This document shows, piece after piece, positions 1-9,713 of a stretch of DNA of 64,000 nt; within the stretch, counting starts at the first letter, position 1; every line of letters starts with the position of its first letter. Below the pieces are notes generated by a model. The model was not told the DNA's origin. It saw only the letters and a list, made by a program, of their open reading frames with translations, and did no database searches. The translations under genes and the position numbers were made by a program. Origin of the DNA: a virus; IMG/VR virus record IMGVR_UViG_3300036985_005814, positions 6,328 through 70,327 of that record; one strand, given 5' to 3'.

Positions 1-165
1 GTTGAGCCAACTGAGCGCAATGCGCGCGAGTACACACTCTGGCGCCTCCGACTACACCGACGCCTGAAAAACGACGTTGAAATCCTTGAAGCCATCAACG
101 ACGCCAGAGGCCTTGGCCTGTACGATGAAAACCCTGGGAAACTTTGCTGGGATTGTGTGTTTTAG
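1..165 (+). CDS. 3' end of a hypothetical protein (starts before the window)
   Basis: Frame 1 is open from base 1 (VEPTERNAREYTLWRL...KLCWDCVF) to TAG at 163-165; the promoter motif follows immediately. Confidence 0.55.
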   Translation, partial: VEPTERNAREYTLWRLRLHRRLKNDVEILEAINDARGLGLYDENPGKLCWDCVF

Positions 166-195
166 GGTAAGATTAGTTAACTGTGATGAAAGTGT

Positions 196-570
196 ATGAA
201 TCCCCGTGCTGTTCAGATGGCAAAAGCCGTCGCCGAGTACGACGCCGGATCTATTGATACCGAGCTCCTAGGTAATATCCTGGCACCCCAATACAGAGGT
301 TGGACGAACAACAGCGCAAATTACTACACACGTAGTGCCCCGATTCCCCTATGGTATCAAGGTTCACCTTTTATGGGGCAACCTTGCGTGTATGGCTATT
401 TAGACGATGGTACACCGTTATACAGATGGTTTCCGGTTAGGCCCTCGAATTATTGGCCCACGGGGTTCGGGACCCCTGCTCAAGCTGTGCGCGGTATTGT
501 CCCTAGTCTGCTCTCGGGTTATCCAACACCTCCTCCGATCGATAACCTGAACTCATACACCACCCCCTGA
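196..570 (+). CDS. hypothetical protein
   Basis: 124-aa ORF with GGGTAAGATT 31 nt upstream; no recognised motif. Confidence 0.65.
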   Translation: MNPRAVQMAKAVAEYDAGSIDTELLGNILAPQYRGWTNNSANYYTRSAPIPLWYQGSPFMGQPCVYGYLDDGTPLYRWFPVRPSNYWPTGFGTPAQAVRGIVPSLLSGYPTPPPIDNLNSYTTP

Positions 571-597
571 TTTACAGCGGTTGCGCCCCGCTATACT
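571..597 (+). promoter_or_regulatory. putative sigma70-like/middle promoter of the polymerase gene
   Basis: TTTACA-N15-TATACT ending 5 nt before the ATG at 603. Confidence 0.45.
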
Positions 598-602
598 AAA
601 CC

Positions 603-3398
603 ATGAAAAATCTAACGTCCGTGAAGAAAACTCAACTTGGATACCCCGTTCTGTCAGACGACCTACATGACAAAATCTTTGGCACCGAGAAGCCACAGAA
701 AATGTCTCGTCTGTCCATTCAGAAAGCAGAAAACCTGCTGAAAGAGTTTGATATTCCTGTCCCTGTAGATCACCCTGCAGGTCTGTATGATGGCCCTCTG
801 CCGCTTCCAGACTTGAAGGGTGATTTTTTGCGCGATCATTTCGAAAAGATCGCTGGCGAGCAAGTTGGCCGCTACAAGAAGCTCGGTGATCAATTCTCTC
901 GCTGCAAACTTCCCCCCCTCCCTCCACCGGACCAGTTCGTATTTGAGCCAGGCTGGGTTCGTTACGAGTGGGTGGAGAATGAGGATGCGGGTGGGTGGTA
1001 TATTGAACATGTGGATTTTCCCGAGGAGGAAGCATTCACGTTTGATACCGAGACCTATGTGCACGGTGGTGCGTTCCCGATCATTGGCACCGCTCTCAGT
1101 GAGAAAGCGGCGTATGTGTGGATGGCTGCTGAACTAATTGATCCGACTATTCCGGAAAGTCAGTGGGACCAGCACGAGCTAATTCCGATTGGAACCAACC
1201 GCTTCATTCCCGGTCACAACATTAGCTATGACCGTGTTCGCGCCCGCGAAGGTTACAACCTCGACCAAACCACCCCGGAAAACTTCTACTTCGATACTCT
1301 GTCCGCTCACATCGGTGTGTCTGGCTTGGCCAGTGGTCAACGCTGGCTGTACGTTCTTGCAGGCAAAGACCCTGAGAGTCTGACTCCGGACGAGAAGCGG
1401 AAATTGCGATATGCGCCCAAGTGGCTTGACAAGGGTGCCACGAATAGCCTTGTGCAGTGTTACAACTTCCACGTTGCAGCCGTCCGAAAGTATTTCGGAG
1501 AAGATGTCAAAGAGCTGGGCGACGTAGATAAAAAGGTTCGTGACATCTTCGTGGATGCTACGCACCTTTCTCAGATTCGCCAGGTTCTGACTGACGCTCT
1601 CGACTACGCTCTGAAAGACGCTTACTACACCGCCGAATTGTTCCAGGCGCTGTGGCCAAAATATCTTGATAGCACACCTTCGATGGTGGCCCTCTGCGGT
1701 CACTACCATCTGAATGGGTCGATCATTCCTCTTGTGGATAACTGGTCCGAGTGGATTGAAGATGTAGAGAGCGTCTATAAGGAATACAACGACGAGATGA
1801 CGCAGATCTGTAAGGATCTGGTGTGGAAAACTTATGAAGACTGGCGCGTCTTGTACCTTAACGATCCTGCCAAAGCCCAGCAATGGGTTCGGAGAGATCC
1901 GTGGGTTTCTCAACTTGACTGGGAGATTAAGTCTACGAAAGGTAAATACGCGCACATCCCAAACTGGGTGCGTCCGTTCATCAAAGATGAGAATCAGCAC
2001 ATCGGTGTGAAGTCGAACCTGGCTCACCTGATGCTGAAACTCAAGTACGAAAACAGCCCGATGATCTTCACCAAGAATGATGGCTGGTGTTATCATGACG
2101 AGGACGGTAACCTGACGAAGATCCCCCACCCGAAAGGCAATGGAGACAATGTTGGCGGTGTGTTGAGCAAAGATTTCGTGGAAGATATGGCGGTCGGGCG
2201 CCTCAGCAGCGACCTTCCCGAAGCAAAACGTGCGCTCGAGATTGCCAACTCTGTGTCCTACTGGACGTCCGTGCGCAAGCGTGTGATGGATCGCATCTTC
2301 CTGCGTGCAAACAACCCTTACGGCGAAGACTCCCTGGTAACTCTGCCCGAGATCCTCTGCCACGGCACGGTTACTCGCAGAACCGTAGAATCGCTGATGG
2401 TTACGATGTGTTCTACCAAGAACTGGCGCATCGGCACAGAGCTGAAAACCCGAGTCAAAGCTCCCGATGGCTGGAAGATTGTGGGTGCTGACTTTGACGG
2501 TCAGGAAATGCAAATCGCTTCAATCTACAGCGACAAGTGGGAAGGTGGCCACATTGGTTGCTCACCTTTCGGTTACAACGTTCTGAGTGGCTCGAAAGAG
2601 GCAGGCACGGACCCACACAGCGCCCTCGCCAAGCTGGCAGGGGTGGACCGGGACACCGCTAAGATCGCCGGCTTCGCTGTTCTATACGGGGCTGGTGTCC
2701 GTGCTGTGCAGACCTACATCCGCCGCAAGTATCCAGAAAAGTCCCCCACAGAAGTGAAAAACTTCGCCTACCGTATTCTGGAAGGCAAGAAGGGTAAGCA
2801 GCGGTCCGGCCTTTACGAAGGAGGTTCTGACTCCGGTTGCTTCAACTATATGGAAGAGATCGCAATGCGAACTCGCGTGCCTCAACTCCCGTGCCTCGGT
2901 ACGAAGATCTCGACTGCGATGCGCCCCGCCGCTGTGGGTGACGACTTCAAGACTGGTCGGGTGAACTGGACGATTCAATCGTCGGGTGCGGAGATTCTGT
3001 CAATCTTCCTCACCTCGATCCACTGGCTTACCAAAGAGTACAAGATTCCAGCCCGGTTTATACTGAGTATCCATGACGAGATCTGGTTTATGACACCGGA
3101 TCGTTACGCAGAGCAATTTGCTGTTCTGTTTCAAATCGCTCACATGTACACCTGGTCTTTGTTTCACTCGGCGGTGGGAATTCCAGAGCTGCCGCTGTCG
3201 CGGGCATACTTCTCGAGCGTAGCGATTGACAACCGCATTCGCAAGTCTCCCAAGGAAAAGACTGTGACGCCCTCTAACCCTGGCGGTGACAAAGAACCTG
3301 CGGGGGTTGAATACTCGATGAGGGAACTGTCCGAAATCGGGGCAATCGACAAACTTAACACTCGCTTCAACGCAATCAAGAAAGGCCTCATCAAATGA
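603..3398 (+). CDS. family A DNA polymerase, mitochondrial polymerase gamma-like
   Basis: Exonuclease motifs FDTET, GHNISYDR and DTLSAHIGVSGL; polymerase motifs GADFDGQE (A), RDTAKIAGFAVLYGAG (B) and SIHDEI (C); POLG-type blocks GTVTRR, GSKEAGTDPHS, RVNWTIQSSG and TPSNP. Confidence 0.93.
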   Translation: MKNLTSVKKTQLGYPVLSDDLHDKIFGTEKPQKMSRLSIQKAENLLKEFDIPVPVDHPAGLYDGPLPLPDLKGDFLRDHFEKIAGEQVGRYKKLGDQFSRCKLPPLPPPDQFVFEPGWVRYEWVENEDAGGWYIEHVDFPEEEAFTFDTETYVHGGAFPIIGTALSEKAAYVWMAAELIDPTIPESQWDQHELIPIGTNRFIPGHNISYDRVRAREGYNLDQTTPENFYFDTLSAHIGVSGLASGQRWLYVLAGKDPESLTPDEKRKLRYAPKWLDKGATNSLVQCYNFHVAAVRKYFGEDVKELGDVDKKVRDIFVDATHLSQIRQVLTDALDYALKDAYYTAELFQALWPKYLDSTPSMVALCGHYHLNGSIIPLVDNWSEWIEDVESVYKEYNDEMTQICKDLVWKTYEDWRVLYLNDPAKAQQWVRRDPWVSQLDWEIKSTKGKYAHIPNWVRPFIKDENQHIGVKSNLAHLMLKLKYENSPMIFTKNDGWCYHDEDGNLTKIPHPKGNGDNVGGVLSKDFVEDMAVGRLSSDLPEAKRALEIANSVSYWTSVRKRVMDRIFLRANNPYGEDSLVTLPEILCHGTVTRRTVESLMVTMCSTKNWRIGTELKTRVKAPDGWKIVGADFDGQEMQIASIYSDKWEGGHIGCSPFGYNVLSGSKEAGTDPHSALAKLAGVDRDTAKIAGFAVLYGAGVRAVQTYIRRKYPEKSPTEVKNFAYRILEGKKGKQRSGLYEGGSDSGCFNYMEEIAMRTRVPQLPCLGTKISTAMRPAAVGDDFKTGRVNWTIQSSGAEILSIFLTSIHWLTKEYKIPARFILSIHDEIWFMTPDRYAEQFAVLFQIAHMYTWSLFHSAVGIPELPLSRAYFSSVAIDNRIRKSPKEKTVTPSNPGGDKEPAGVEYSMRELSEIGAIDKLNTRFNAIKKGLIK

Positions 3399-3583
3399 AA
3401 AAAACTCGCAAATCTCGCGTCGCGTCGGCTTCACTCGAAACAATGGTTAGCATCGCTGGAGTTTACTATTTGGTTACTCCCTATGATAAAAAAGGACGAG
3501 AAATTCCCTCGTCTGTGCACTGTGCTTACAACTCGGAGTACTTTTCACCTCAGCAGGCTTTTACGATGTCTCGCGCCCTATGA
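3395..3583 (+). CDS. hypothetical protein
   Basis: 62-aa ORF, coupled by ATGA overlaps to both neighbours. Confidence 0.6.
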   Translation: MKKTRKSRVASASLETMVSIAGVYYLVTPYDKKGREIPSSVHCAYNSEYFSPQQAFTMSRAL

Positions 3584-3804
3584 CACCTTTTCCCTTACCG
3601 CTTGATCCGTTCTTTCGGAAAGAGATTGTCTTCATGTGGATCTGCGACGTTGGCGACCGGCTAAAAACAGGAGATCTAGAGGGAGCAAAACAAAGTTGGA
3701 AAACTGCCCAAGATATATACCTTTCTTTGCCACCGGGCAACGGGTCCGAGTCGATTGAGAAGCAACTTGTGGAGGCGAGGGTAAAACTTGACAGATTCAC
3801 TTAG
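3580..3804 (+). CDS. hypothetical protein
   Basis: 74-aa ORF with ATGA overlap with the upstream gene. Confidence 0.6.
   Translation: MTPFPLPLDPFFRKEIVFMWICDVGDRLKTGDLEGAKQSWKTAQDIYLSLPPGNGSESIEKQLVEARVKLDRFT
3779..3786 (+). promoter_or_regulatory. GGGTAAAA putative late promoter (representative copy; all copies listed in findings)
   Basis: Same 8-mer recurs upstream of most structural genes; here it lies 34 nt before ATG 3813. Confidence 0.75.
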
Positions 3805-3812
3805 CAATTACT

Positions 3813-4142
3813 ATGCGAACCATTTCAACAGACGCTGGACAATCCACTCCAGCAGCGGAACCAAAACAAAAGAAAGTCGAAACATTCTCCACCACGATTT
3901 CCGACGGTCGTGAGATTCAAATCCGCGAGATGACTGGCCGCGACCTCCTGTATATGGAGAAAGAACTCGGCAAGGCTGGCGACGTTGAGCGGGGTATGAA
4001 AATCATTGAGCGCCTAATTGTGGGCTCTGACAAGATCTCCTACGAAGAAATCCTCGACCTTGGCGTGAAAGATTTCAAGAAGCTGAGCGATCTTGTTGCC
4101 AAGGCGAGTGGCTCGGATGAGGAGGACGCCGACCCAAACTGA
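3813..4142 (+). CDS. tail assembly chaperone (G-like)
   Basis: Small acidic protein with IQIREMTGRDL...EEILDLGVKDFKKL, typical of Mu gp41/P2 gpE-type chaperones; ends at a slippery heptamer. Confidence 0.7.
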   Translation: MRTISTDAGQSTPAAEPKQKKVETFSTTISDGREIQIREMTGRDLLYMEKELGKAGDVERGMKIIERLIVGSDKISYEEILDLGVKDFKKLSDLVAKASGSDEEDADPN

Positions 4143-4558
4143 TCGTTGAAGACCTTGAGGATTTCACCTACCTTTTGAGTTTTGGCGAGAACATTTCCAT
4201 TCATGTTCGAGAACTCTGCCCGAAAGATTTTTACTTCGCGCAGATTCTTCGAAATCAAGAAACCGGAATGCTCCCTCTGATTGCTCGACTCATTCAAAAC
4301 CACGACGATCTAGCCTACTTCACCCTCCCTCAAACGGAGAAAATCTTTAAATGGATTGGAGAAGAGGTAATCAACGAAAAAGTTTTGACGGTTGAAAACT
4401 GGCTCGAAGTTTCTTTCCACCTCTGCAAACAACGCTGGGACAGCACCGTAGACTGGTTAGAGAAGCAACCGATGAGCAAAGTCCTCACAATGATCAGCAT
4501 CGTTGAAGATTTTGCGGAAAAACAAGAGCAAGAGATCAAAAAGAGCGCGAAGCGGTAA
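4133..4558 (+). CDS. -1 frameshift extension (T-like) of the tail assembly chaperone
   Basis: C CCA AAC (4133-4139) fits X XXY YYZ just before TGA; the -1 frame is open from there to 4558. Confidence 0.7.
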   Translation, partial: PKLIVEDLEDFTYLLSFGENISIHVRELCPKDFYFAQILRNQETGMLPLIARLIQNHDDLAYFTLPQTEKIFKWIGEEVINEKVLTVENWLEVSFHLCKQRWDSTVDWLEKQPMSKVLTMISIVEDFAEKQEQEIKKSAKR

Positions 4559-4971
4559 TGATTACCTTTCAAGTGAAAAAAGGCGGTTTCACTCAGTTTA
4601 ACTTAAACTGGTGGAAGCCCACACAGAAAGAGTGGGCTCCCGTTCTCTTGAAAGACCACGCCGTCCCTTGGCGGCAGGAATCTGACCCGACGACGGGAAG
4701 ACCGTGGGTTTCCCTAACGCCAAAATACGCGATTGCGAAACTCCGCAGATACCCCGGCCAGCCTATTTTGCGGGCAACCGGGAAAATGCAAGATCAAGCC
4801 GAAATTCTACCGAAAGGGGAAGGCTTCGAGGTGAAAGCCGCTCCCTACGGAGTATATCACCAGTTCGGAACGTCACGAATGGCTGCGAGGCCATGGGTAG
4901 GAATTCCGGATAATTCCCTCAAGCAGATTGTCCCAATCGCTTGGAAAAACATTCTTACACAAAAACGTTAA
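4558..4971 (+). CDS. virion morphogenesis/tail completion protein (Mu gpG/P2 gpS-like)
   Basis: DPTTGRPWVSL...ILRATG...YHQFGT..MAARPWVG signature. Confidence 0.8.
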   Translation: MITFQVKKGGFTQFNLNWWKPTQKEWAPVLLKDHAVPWRQESDPTTGRPWVSLTPKYAIAKLRRYPGQPILRATGKMQDQAEILPKGEGFEVKAAPYGVYHQFGTSRMAARPWVGIPDNSLKQIVPIAWKNILTQKR

Positions 4972-4973
4972 CC

Positions 4974-5348
4974 ATGGCCCGAAAAAGAGCTCACAACGAA
5001 GACGGCACTTTCACCGCCGACGACGCCTCAACCGTTGAAGTCAACGAAGCTTTCGAGCAGGTGGAGGAAGCCAAAGCCGAAGCGCAACCTGAACCGGCAA
5101 AGATCGAGGTTCAAACCCCGAGCGAAGAACCGGTGGCTGCTCCCCCTGCCCCTGTGAAAGAGGTGATCGAGACCGACGTTCGCAAGAAACTGACGTCTCG
5201 CAGTCAAGAAGAAGATATCTTCACTCCTACCAGCCCCGCTGTTCTCGAAGCCGCTGCTAAAAAAGTGGCCGAAGACGAAGGTTTCGAACTTAACAGGGGT
5301 ACATCAATCGGCGCTCGCCTTTTAGCTCGCTCACGTAAGATGGTCTGA
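4974..5348 (+). CDS. hypothetical phage protein
   Basis: ATG at 4974 (MARKRAHNEDGTFTADD...VNEA); low-complexity Glu/Pro/Ala middle. Confidence 0.65.
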   Translation: MARKRAHNEDGTFTADDASTVEVNEAFEQVEEAKAEAQPEPAKIEVQTPSEEPVAAPPAPVKEVIETDVRKKLTSRSQEEDIFTPTSPAVLEAAAKKVAEDEGFELNRGTSIGARLLARSRKMV

Positions 5349-5350
5349 AA

Positions 5351-5719
5351 ATGATCACACTTCCCTTCCAGCCTCAGTTTACTTGGAGGAAACTCGGGTA
5401 CCAGTACTACACGAATTCCCTGGAATATCGCTCGGTCCTAGAGTTAAACCCCCAGTGGACAGTTACTGAGTTGCCTCCCCTGGGTGCGCAACTTCTTCTG
5501 CCCAACCCTGAGAGCCCGTCGGGAAGTTTGTCCCAAGCGACTTTCATTTCAGGCAGCGCAGAGGGGGAGCAAGCAGATGCGATCTTCCCCTTTGATACCG
5601 AAAGCGAATATATCGCCTCTTTAAACCGGTACACTCTGCAAGGAGTTGTTCTGCGTGAATCATTAAACGGTTACAGCTCAGATAGCCTGCCTGCAATCAC
5701 TGGAAACCAGCTAGGGTAA
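5351..5719 (+). CDS. baseplate/tail protein X-like (LysM-related)
   Basis: TWRKLGYQYY...VLELNP...LPPLGAQLLLP pattern as in P2 gpX-like proteins. Confidence 0.55.
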   Translation: MITLPFQPQFTWRKLGYQYYTNSLEYRSVLELNPQWTVTELPPLGAQLLLPNPESPSGSLSQATFISGSAEGEQADAIFPFDTESEYIASLNRYTLQGVVLRESLNGYSSDSLPAITGNQLG

Positions 5720-5823
5720 AAGTAAGCACACATTCGTGTCCCAAGGGTAGCTCTACGGAGACCACGCAGGAGTCCTCCTTGCCTGCACTACTTTCGGGAA
5801 AGAAGGAACACTTACTTGAAATC
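5720..5823 (+). promoter_or_regulatory. long structured 5' leader of the sheath gene
   Basis: Nested inverted repeats: AAGTAAG/CTTACTT, GTGTCC/GGAACAC, CTC-TACG-GAG, GCAGG/CCTGC. Confidence 0.4.
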
Positions 5824-8800
5824 ATGGCCACTTTTTCTCTAGGCGGTGGTGTAACCCCTGGCGCACCTGGTGTATACATCAATGAGCGCGCCGGTGTTGT
5901 TGCAAACGCTGACATTGCCAATTTTAGCACTGTTTACATGCTGGTGGAAACTCCAGAAACAGTGCCCGTTACAGTATTCCCTTATAACACACCAACTCCG
6001 GTCACTTCGCTCAACGACTACTTCGCCCTTGTTGGCGGAAGCGTTCCCGAAAGTCGGATCCCCCTGCTGAGCTACAACTGCGTCAACGAATTCTTCCAGA
6101 ACGCACAGGTTGGCGACCTTCGCGTTGTTCGCGTTGGCACACCTGACCAAATCGTTGAGATTGAGATTCTTCCCAACGGTACCAAGCAGAGCAATGCTGG
6201 TCTTCCCTCGAACTTCGAGGCTGGAGACGTCGTTTACGCTCAACTCGTGATCAACGGGAATCGCCTTGTAGCAGGTGATGGGTCTACAGGTTACAACGCC
6301 GACGGAGAGTGGCTGGGTGTTCCGGTTACAATTCCCGTAGATTATATCGCCGGCGACGAAGTCAACAACCGTCGAATCTCCTCGGCTATCGCAACTGCAA
6401 TTGCAGAAGCCATCGAGAGCAACCCGAGCGTTCGTAGCGCAGTCTACGTTCGTGACTTCGGTCTTGTGACAACGATTAACCCTCTGTCCAACTCTGAAAA
6501 TGCTTTCGTAAGCATTGCTGCTTCCACATTCGACGCCAACGTAAGCGTTGTTCCGCTGGTCCTGCCTGTTGGCGCCCAGTACGTAATGATGCAGAATGTT
6601 TACAACATTCAGAACATTGTTGGTCAGCAACAGAATCTGGAGAGAGTTCCTCAGGACTACATTCAGTGCATCAACACTGCTTTCGATGGTCAGCAAGATC
6701 AGGGCTACCTGATTACTCCTACTGCATACGCTCAGTTTGATGCTGACGGCCGTGCTGCGATTGGAGCTGCTGCTGCCGAGCATTGCGCTAACAACAACTA
6801 CAAGTGGATGGCACTTGCCGATCCCGGTCCTTTCCTTGTGACCGATGTCAACAAGTATAGCGTATACACTCCTCACCAACCCGCTGCTAACCTGGTTACC
6901 GGCCTCAAGTATCTGGTTGACAATGCCATGTACGAGTGGACCGGTGCCGATGTCACTTACGACAAGCTCACCTACCAAGCTCTGATCGCTTCACCGACTG
7001 CAGAAACTGCCGTTACTCAGTCGAAGACTGCGACTCCGGTTGCTGCTGGGGAGAAAGTTGGTCTTCTGGATTCCGCCTCTTTCGAGGTTGATTCGATCGT
7101 TGGCGACACAATGGTTGTCCTCGACGTCCAGAACTACTGGCCGGTTTCCTACCAGATCCAAGAAGTTACTTTCAGTGGTGCTACGGGAGACATCCTGAGC
7201 ACAATCGGGGAAGACGGAACAATCTTTGTTGTTGCTCCCCCATACGACCTGACAGCGACAGGCGATTACTCCTTCAACAACGTTTTCTTCGCTCTTGACG
7301 CTTCTAGTGCTGTTGCCGTCCTGAACGAAGTCATTGCTGCTGGTGGTTCGATCAACCTGACAACCCCAGTCAATGCTGTGGACTTTGGCGGAAGCGTTGG
7401 AACATGTAACCTCACCTACGTTGTTCCCTTCTACAACCTGCCTCAGACAATTAACGGTCAAACTTCAAACCTTCTGCAGAACATTACTGGAGCTGCCCAG
7501 TATGTGAACACACTGCACCTTCCTGCTAGCATTCAGGAAGCCACCGCTAACTACCGTCTGAATTTCGTATCTCGTACAATCCTGGACCCCGATGCCTCGG
7601 TGGCTGGTTCCACCGGACCCTACACAGGTGCGGCTCAGATTACTTGCGTCGGCCACGGTTTAACAAACGGTCAGAAACTGTACTTCACTCAACCAGTGAA
7701 GACAAACCTTGGTGCAAACCTTTTCCGTGCAACAACCAAGATTTCCGAGGTGCTTTACTACGTTAAAGTGATTGATGCGGACACCTTCAGCCTGGCTGAA
7801 AGCCTGACTGCTTACACCAGTGGTGCCTTCGTAACAATCCCGAGCGGAACATCGTCTCTGGTGTCGAGCCCCACGATCTTCTACACGAAAGTTCTTGGTG
7901 GTGAGGCAACTTCGGCCACCCTGGCGGAACTTTCTGTTGTTCCGTTTATTCGCGGTAGAAAGTACGGCCTGAACAGTGGCCAGATTGCATCGGAAGCTTC
8001 TGTTGCTGATGCTGCCCCGGCACCTGCAACATCCAACCCTGCCGTTTCAATCTTCTTCAACAACAGTCTGACTGCTCTTGGAGTTGGTCTTGTTTCCCCG
8101 TTCGGTGAAAACCCCACCGCCGGTTGGCTGCCTAAGCTTACTCTCACAGCCCCTGGTTCTTCTTCTACAACTCTTGAGAACTGGTACTGTACGCCTACTG
8201 TTGATCAAAACTTCGCGTCCCAGGCTTTCCTGGTTCCTTCGGTTGAACCCATTCTTGGCGGCTCTTACAACCCCACGGGAACATCTACCAAAGGTCCAAT
8301 TTCTACTCTGGGCAGTGTCACTGGCGGAACCGGGTATACTAACGGAACTTACTTAAATGTTGCCCTTACCGGTGGAACAGGCAGTGGTGCTACAGCTGAT
8401 ATCACCGTTGCTGCTGGTATCGTTACTGTTGTTACCCTCACGAACGGAGGTTTTGGTTACACAGCGGCGGATTCCCTGTCTGCTCCTACCTCCGTCATCG
8501 GTAGTGGAACACTATTCGCAGTTCCCGTTGGCGCCATCACGGCCGGGATTGGTATCCTATCCCTTGCAAAACCTTATGCTCAGGCCGCTGGTCTGGTTAA
8601 TGGGTCCGGTAGAGTTGACTTCCAGGGTCAAATTACCAAGTTAACTGGTGTTTACTTCGACGTAATTACAGCTAGTGGTTTTGCCCCTGACGGCACTACT
8701 CCCGTGATCATTGGTGATCGGATTGCTGTTATCTACAACGGAAGCTCCTACTCCTGGGCCGTGGTTCCTGCTGATGGCGATCTTTCCACCGTGGGTCAGC

Positions 8801-9708
8801 CCTGCTACGGCTCACAAGTGGGTCTCGACTTCACTCCGGAAACGACTCCTCCGTCAATCCTGTGGCGTTTCGATCCTATCACTTCCACCGAAATCATCAA
8901 TGATGCTCTTCGTGGAGTTGGTTTCAACGGTGTTCCCCAAGCTGAGTTCATCGAAGCCGGTGTTGATAACGTGAACCGTCTGTACACAGATAGTCAGCGT
9001 TATTTCCAACCCTTTGGTTTCATCGCGTACTACGGTCCGTATATCGAGAACGCTTCGGGTCAGTGGATTCCTCCTTCACCTTACGTGACTGGAATCGCCC
9101 TGCGTCGTTACCGTGCGGAAGGTTACCAGTTCCCGCCTGCCGGCGTCAAGTATCAACTTGCCGACGCTGTGGCTGCCCAGATTCCGATCAACTCGGCTCA
9201 GCAGAACCTGCTGAATCCGGACGGTTGCAACGCAATTCGTACCCTGCCTGGTTATCCGACGAGCGCAGTGTTCGTTTGGGGCGGAAGAACTCGTGTGAAC
9301 TCGGACGACGCTCAGCAGCGCCTGTATCAGTTCGTAAACACTCGCGTCATTCTGAACGTTGTTTACGGCTCGCTGAGAAACGCTTTCGACAGTCAGATCT
9401 TCAATGTGATCGACGGTTTCGGCGTTGCCTTCAACCAGATCATCTCTGTTGGAAACAGCGTTCTAAACCAGCTGTACTCGCGTGGTGCCCTGTTCGGTGC
9501 TCGCCCAAGCGACGCCTTCCAGGTTATCTGCGACTCTCGCATCAACCCTCCAGCGTCACTTGAGAACGGAATCGTCAACGCTAAAGTGTTTGTAACTCCT
9601 GTTCCAACTCTGGAAAGAATCCAAATCGACCTGATTCGGGTTGCCATTGGTCAGATGCAGAACGAGCTGAATGCTCAAGGACTGGGAACTAACAACACTG
9701 GTTTCTAA
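5824..9708 (+). CDS. contractile tail sheath protein with large insertions
   Basis: N-terminal PGVYINE; C-terminal YYGPY...IPPS, VWGGRT, FVNTRVI, GALFG, PVPTLERI; ATG at 5824. Confidence 0.92.
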   Translation: MATFSLGGGVTPGAPGVYINERAGVVANADIANFSTVYMLVETPETVPVTVFPYNTPTPVTSLNDYFALVGGSVPESRIPLLSYNCVNEFFQNAQVGDLRVVRVGTPDQIVEIEILPNGTKQSNAGLPSNFEAGDVVYAQLVINGNRLVAGDGSTGYNADGEWLGVPVTIPVDYIAGDEVNNRRISSAIATAIAEAIESNPSVRSAVYVRDFGLVTTINPLSNSENAFVSIAASTFDANVSVVPLVLPVGAQYVMMQNVYNIQNIVGQQQNLERVPQDYIQCINTAFDGQQDQGYLITPTAYAQFDADGRAAIGAAAAEHCANNNYKWMALADPGPFLVTDVNKYSVYTPHQPAANLVTGLKYLVDNAMYEWTGADVTYDKLTYQALIASPTAETAVTQSKTATPVAAGEKVGLLDSASFEVDSIVGDTMVVLDVQNYWPVSYQIQEVTFSGATGDILSTIGEDGTIFVVAPPYDLTATGDYSFNNVFFALDASSAVAVLNEVIAAGGSINLTTPVNAVDFGGSVGTCNLTYVVPFYNLPQTINGQTSNLLQNITGAAQYVNTLHLPASIQEATANYRLNFVSRTILDPDASVAGSTGPYTGAAQITCVGHGLTNGQKLYFTQPVKTNLGANLFRATTKISEVLYYVKVIDADTFSLAESLTAYTSGAFVTIPSGTSSLVSSPTIFYTKVLGGEATSATLAELSVVPFIRGRKYGLNSGQIASEASVADAAPAPATSNPAVSIFFNNSLTALGVGLVSPFGENPTAGWLPKLTLTAPGSSSTTLENWYCTPTVDQNFASQAFLVPSVEPILGGSYNPTGTSTKGPISTLGSVTGGTGYTNGTYLNVALTGGTGSGATADITVAAGIVTVVTLTNGGFGYTAADSLSAPTSVIGSGTLFAVPVGAITAGIGILSLAKPYAQAAGLVNGSGRVDFQGQITKLTGVYFDVITASGFAPDGTTPVIIGDRIAVIYNGSSYSWAVVPADGDLSTVGQPCYGSQVGLDFTPETTPPSILWRFDPITSTEIINDALRGVGFNGVPQAEFIEAGVDNVNRLYTDSQRYFQPFGFIAYYGPYIENASGQWIPPSPYVTGIALRRYRAEGYQFPPAGVKYQLADAVAAQIPINSAQQNLLNPDGCNAIRTLPGYPTSAVFVWGGRTRVNSDDAQQRLYQFVNTRVILNVVYGSLRNAFDSQIFNVIDGFGVAFNQIISVGNSVLNQLYSRGALFGARPSDAFQVICDSRINPPASLENGIVNAKVFVTPVPTLERIQIDLIRVAIGQMQNELNAQGLGTNNTGF

Positions 9709-9713
9709 CCTAA

